Source of the DNA: Thermoanaerobaculia bacterium
Lineage (GTDB): Bacteria > Acidobacteriota > Thermoanaerobaculia > UBA5066
Assembly (NCBI GenBank): GCA_038245905.1
Contig: JBBRRY010000014.1
Span: forward strand, 1-64,000
Direction: 5' to 3'
DNA length: 64,000 nt
This document shows, one piece after another, positions 62,958-64,000 of this stretch. The notes under the pieces are model-generated. The model was not told the origin of the DNA. It searched no databases and was given only the letters and a program-made list of their open reading frames with translations. The position numbers were made by a program, and so were the translations under genes. The first letter of the stretch is position 1. Every line of letters begins with the position of its first letter.

Positions 62958-63995
62958 ATGGCGCGCGTCCTCGTCTGCACTGCGCAGGTGCCATTCGCCT
63001 CGGGCGGCGCCGAACGTCACGCCGAGGGGCTCGTGCGCGAGATCGTCGCCGCAGGACACGAGGTCGAGCTCGTGCGCCTTCCGTTCAAGTGGTACCCGCG
63101 CGCGGAGATTTTGACCTCCGCGCTCGCGTGGCGACTTCTGGATCTCTCGGAGGCCGACGGGAAGCGTGTCGATCTCGTGATCCCGCTGAAGTTCCCGTCC
63201 TATCTCGTGAGGCACGAGAACAAGGTCGTGTGGCTGATCCATCAGTTCCGCCAGGCCTACGATCGATTTGGGACGGCAGAGAGCGACTTCACCGCCTCTC
63301 CCGAGGACACACGCTGGCGCGAGCTCATCGCCGAGACCGATCGCACGGGTCTCACGGAGGCGCGAAAGATCTTCACGAACGCCCGGAACACCGCGGACCG
63401 CCTCGCGCGCTTCAACGGGATCGAGGCCGAAGCGCTCTATCATCCGCCGCCGCTCGCGGGCCGCTACCGCACGGAGGTGGCTCAGGGCTTCGCGCTCGCC
63501 GCGGGCCGACTGGACGCCTGGAAGCGCGTGGATCTCGCGATCGGCGCCGCGGCGGCGGGGAAGTTCCGGCTCGTGATCGCGGGCGACGGCGCCGACCGCG
63601 CGAGGCTGGAGGCGCTGGCCAGGAGGAGCGGCGCCGACGTGCGCTTCACGGGCCGCGTGTCCGACGACGAGCTCCTGCGCCTCTACGCGACGTCGAGCGT
63701 CGTGATCTTCCCCCCGGCGGACGAGGACTATGGGTACATCGCGCTCGAAGCGTTCCTTTCGAAGAAGCCCGTGGTGACGTGCACGGATTCTGGCGGCCCT
63801 CTGGAGTTCGTCGTCGACGGCGAGAACGGCCGCGTCGTCCCGCCCGACGCCGCCGCGCTCGGAGGGGCGGTCGCGGAGCTTCTTGCGAATGAGAAGAAGG
63901 CTTCGGAGCTCGGAGAAAGAGGCTTTGAAAGGGTGAGAGACATCCGGTGGGACCATGCCGTCCGGGCCCTGCTGGCGGCGGGCGGAATCGGGTGA
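62958..63995 (+). CDS. Glycosyltransferase family 4
   Basis: GGAE, WLIHQFRQ, GRLDAWKR, EDYGYIALEA, GGPLEFVVDG. Confidence 0.88.
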   Translation: MARVLVCTAQVPFASGGAERHAEGLVREIVAAGHEVELVRLPFKWYPRAEILTSALAWRLLDLSEADGKRVDLVIPLKFPSYLVRHENKVVWLIHQFRQAYDRFGTAESDFTASPEDTRWRELIAETDRTGLTEARKIFTNARNTADRLARFNGIEAEALYHPPPLAGRYRTEVAQGFALAAGRLDAWKRVDLAIGAAAAGKFRLVIAGDGADRARLEALARRSGADVRFTGRVSDDELLRLYATSSVVIFPPADEDYGYIALEAFLSKKPVVTCTDSGGPLEFVVDGENGRVVPPDAAALGGAVAELLANEKKASELGERGFERVRDIRWDHAVRALLAAGGIG

Positions 63996-64000
63996 TCGTG

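Overview
Very GC-rich, gene-dense chromosomal segment, most consistent with an Acidobacteriota (Thermoanaerobaculia-like) bacterium (inferred from gene content such as the VWFA-related protein and MglA-like GTPase). It is mostly housekeeping: hppA (partial), a TPR-tonB-exbB-exbD-exbD operon, nnr-tsaE, an MgtE-N/Nramp pair, tRNA-Leu(CAA), carD, rarA, guaB, secA, comM, mltD, hrcA-grpE-dnaK-dnaJ-prmA-rsmE-ilvE, a Tat-exported PaoABC-like molybdoenzyme operon, pilT-recX-alaS, pgsA, trmB, icd, queG, and the start of a surface-polysaccharide locus. No integrase, transposase, prophage or CRISPR array was seen. The most unusual signal is not a gene: an AT-rich motif, approximately [GA-rich tract]-GATTT(T)CTT(A/T/C)GAA(A)GG, recurs more than 20 times by eye. 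It lies mostly inside coding sequences, on both strands, and usually as convergent inverted pairs about 50-165 bp apart, coinciding with rare-codon runs and low-complexity peptide patches in conserved proteins. Other oddities are a RarA-TlpA in-frame fusion, a MutT-Rieske fusion, a small Cys-rich protein in the molybdoenzyme operon, a di-heme enzyme lacking a canonical start codon, an internally deleted methyltransferase and repeated CTG starts in CTGA overlaps.
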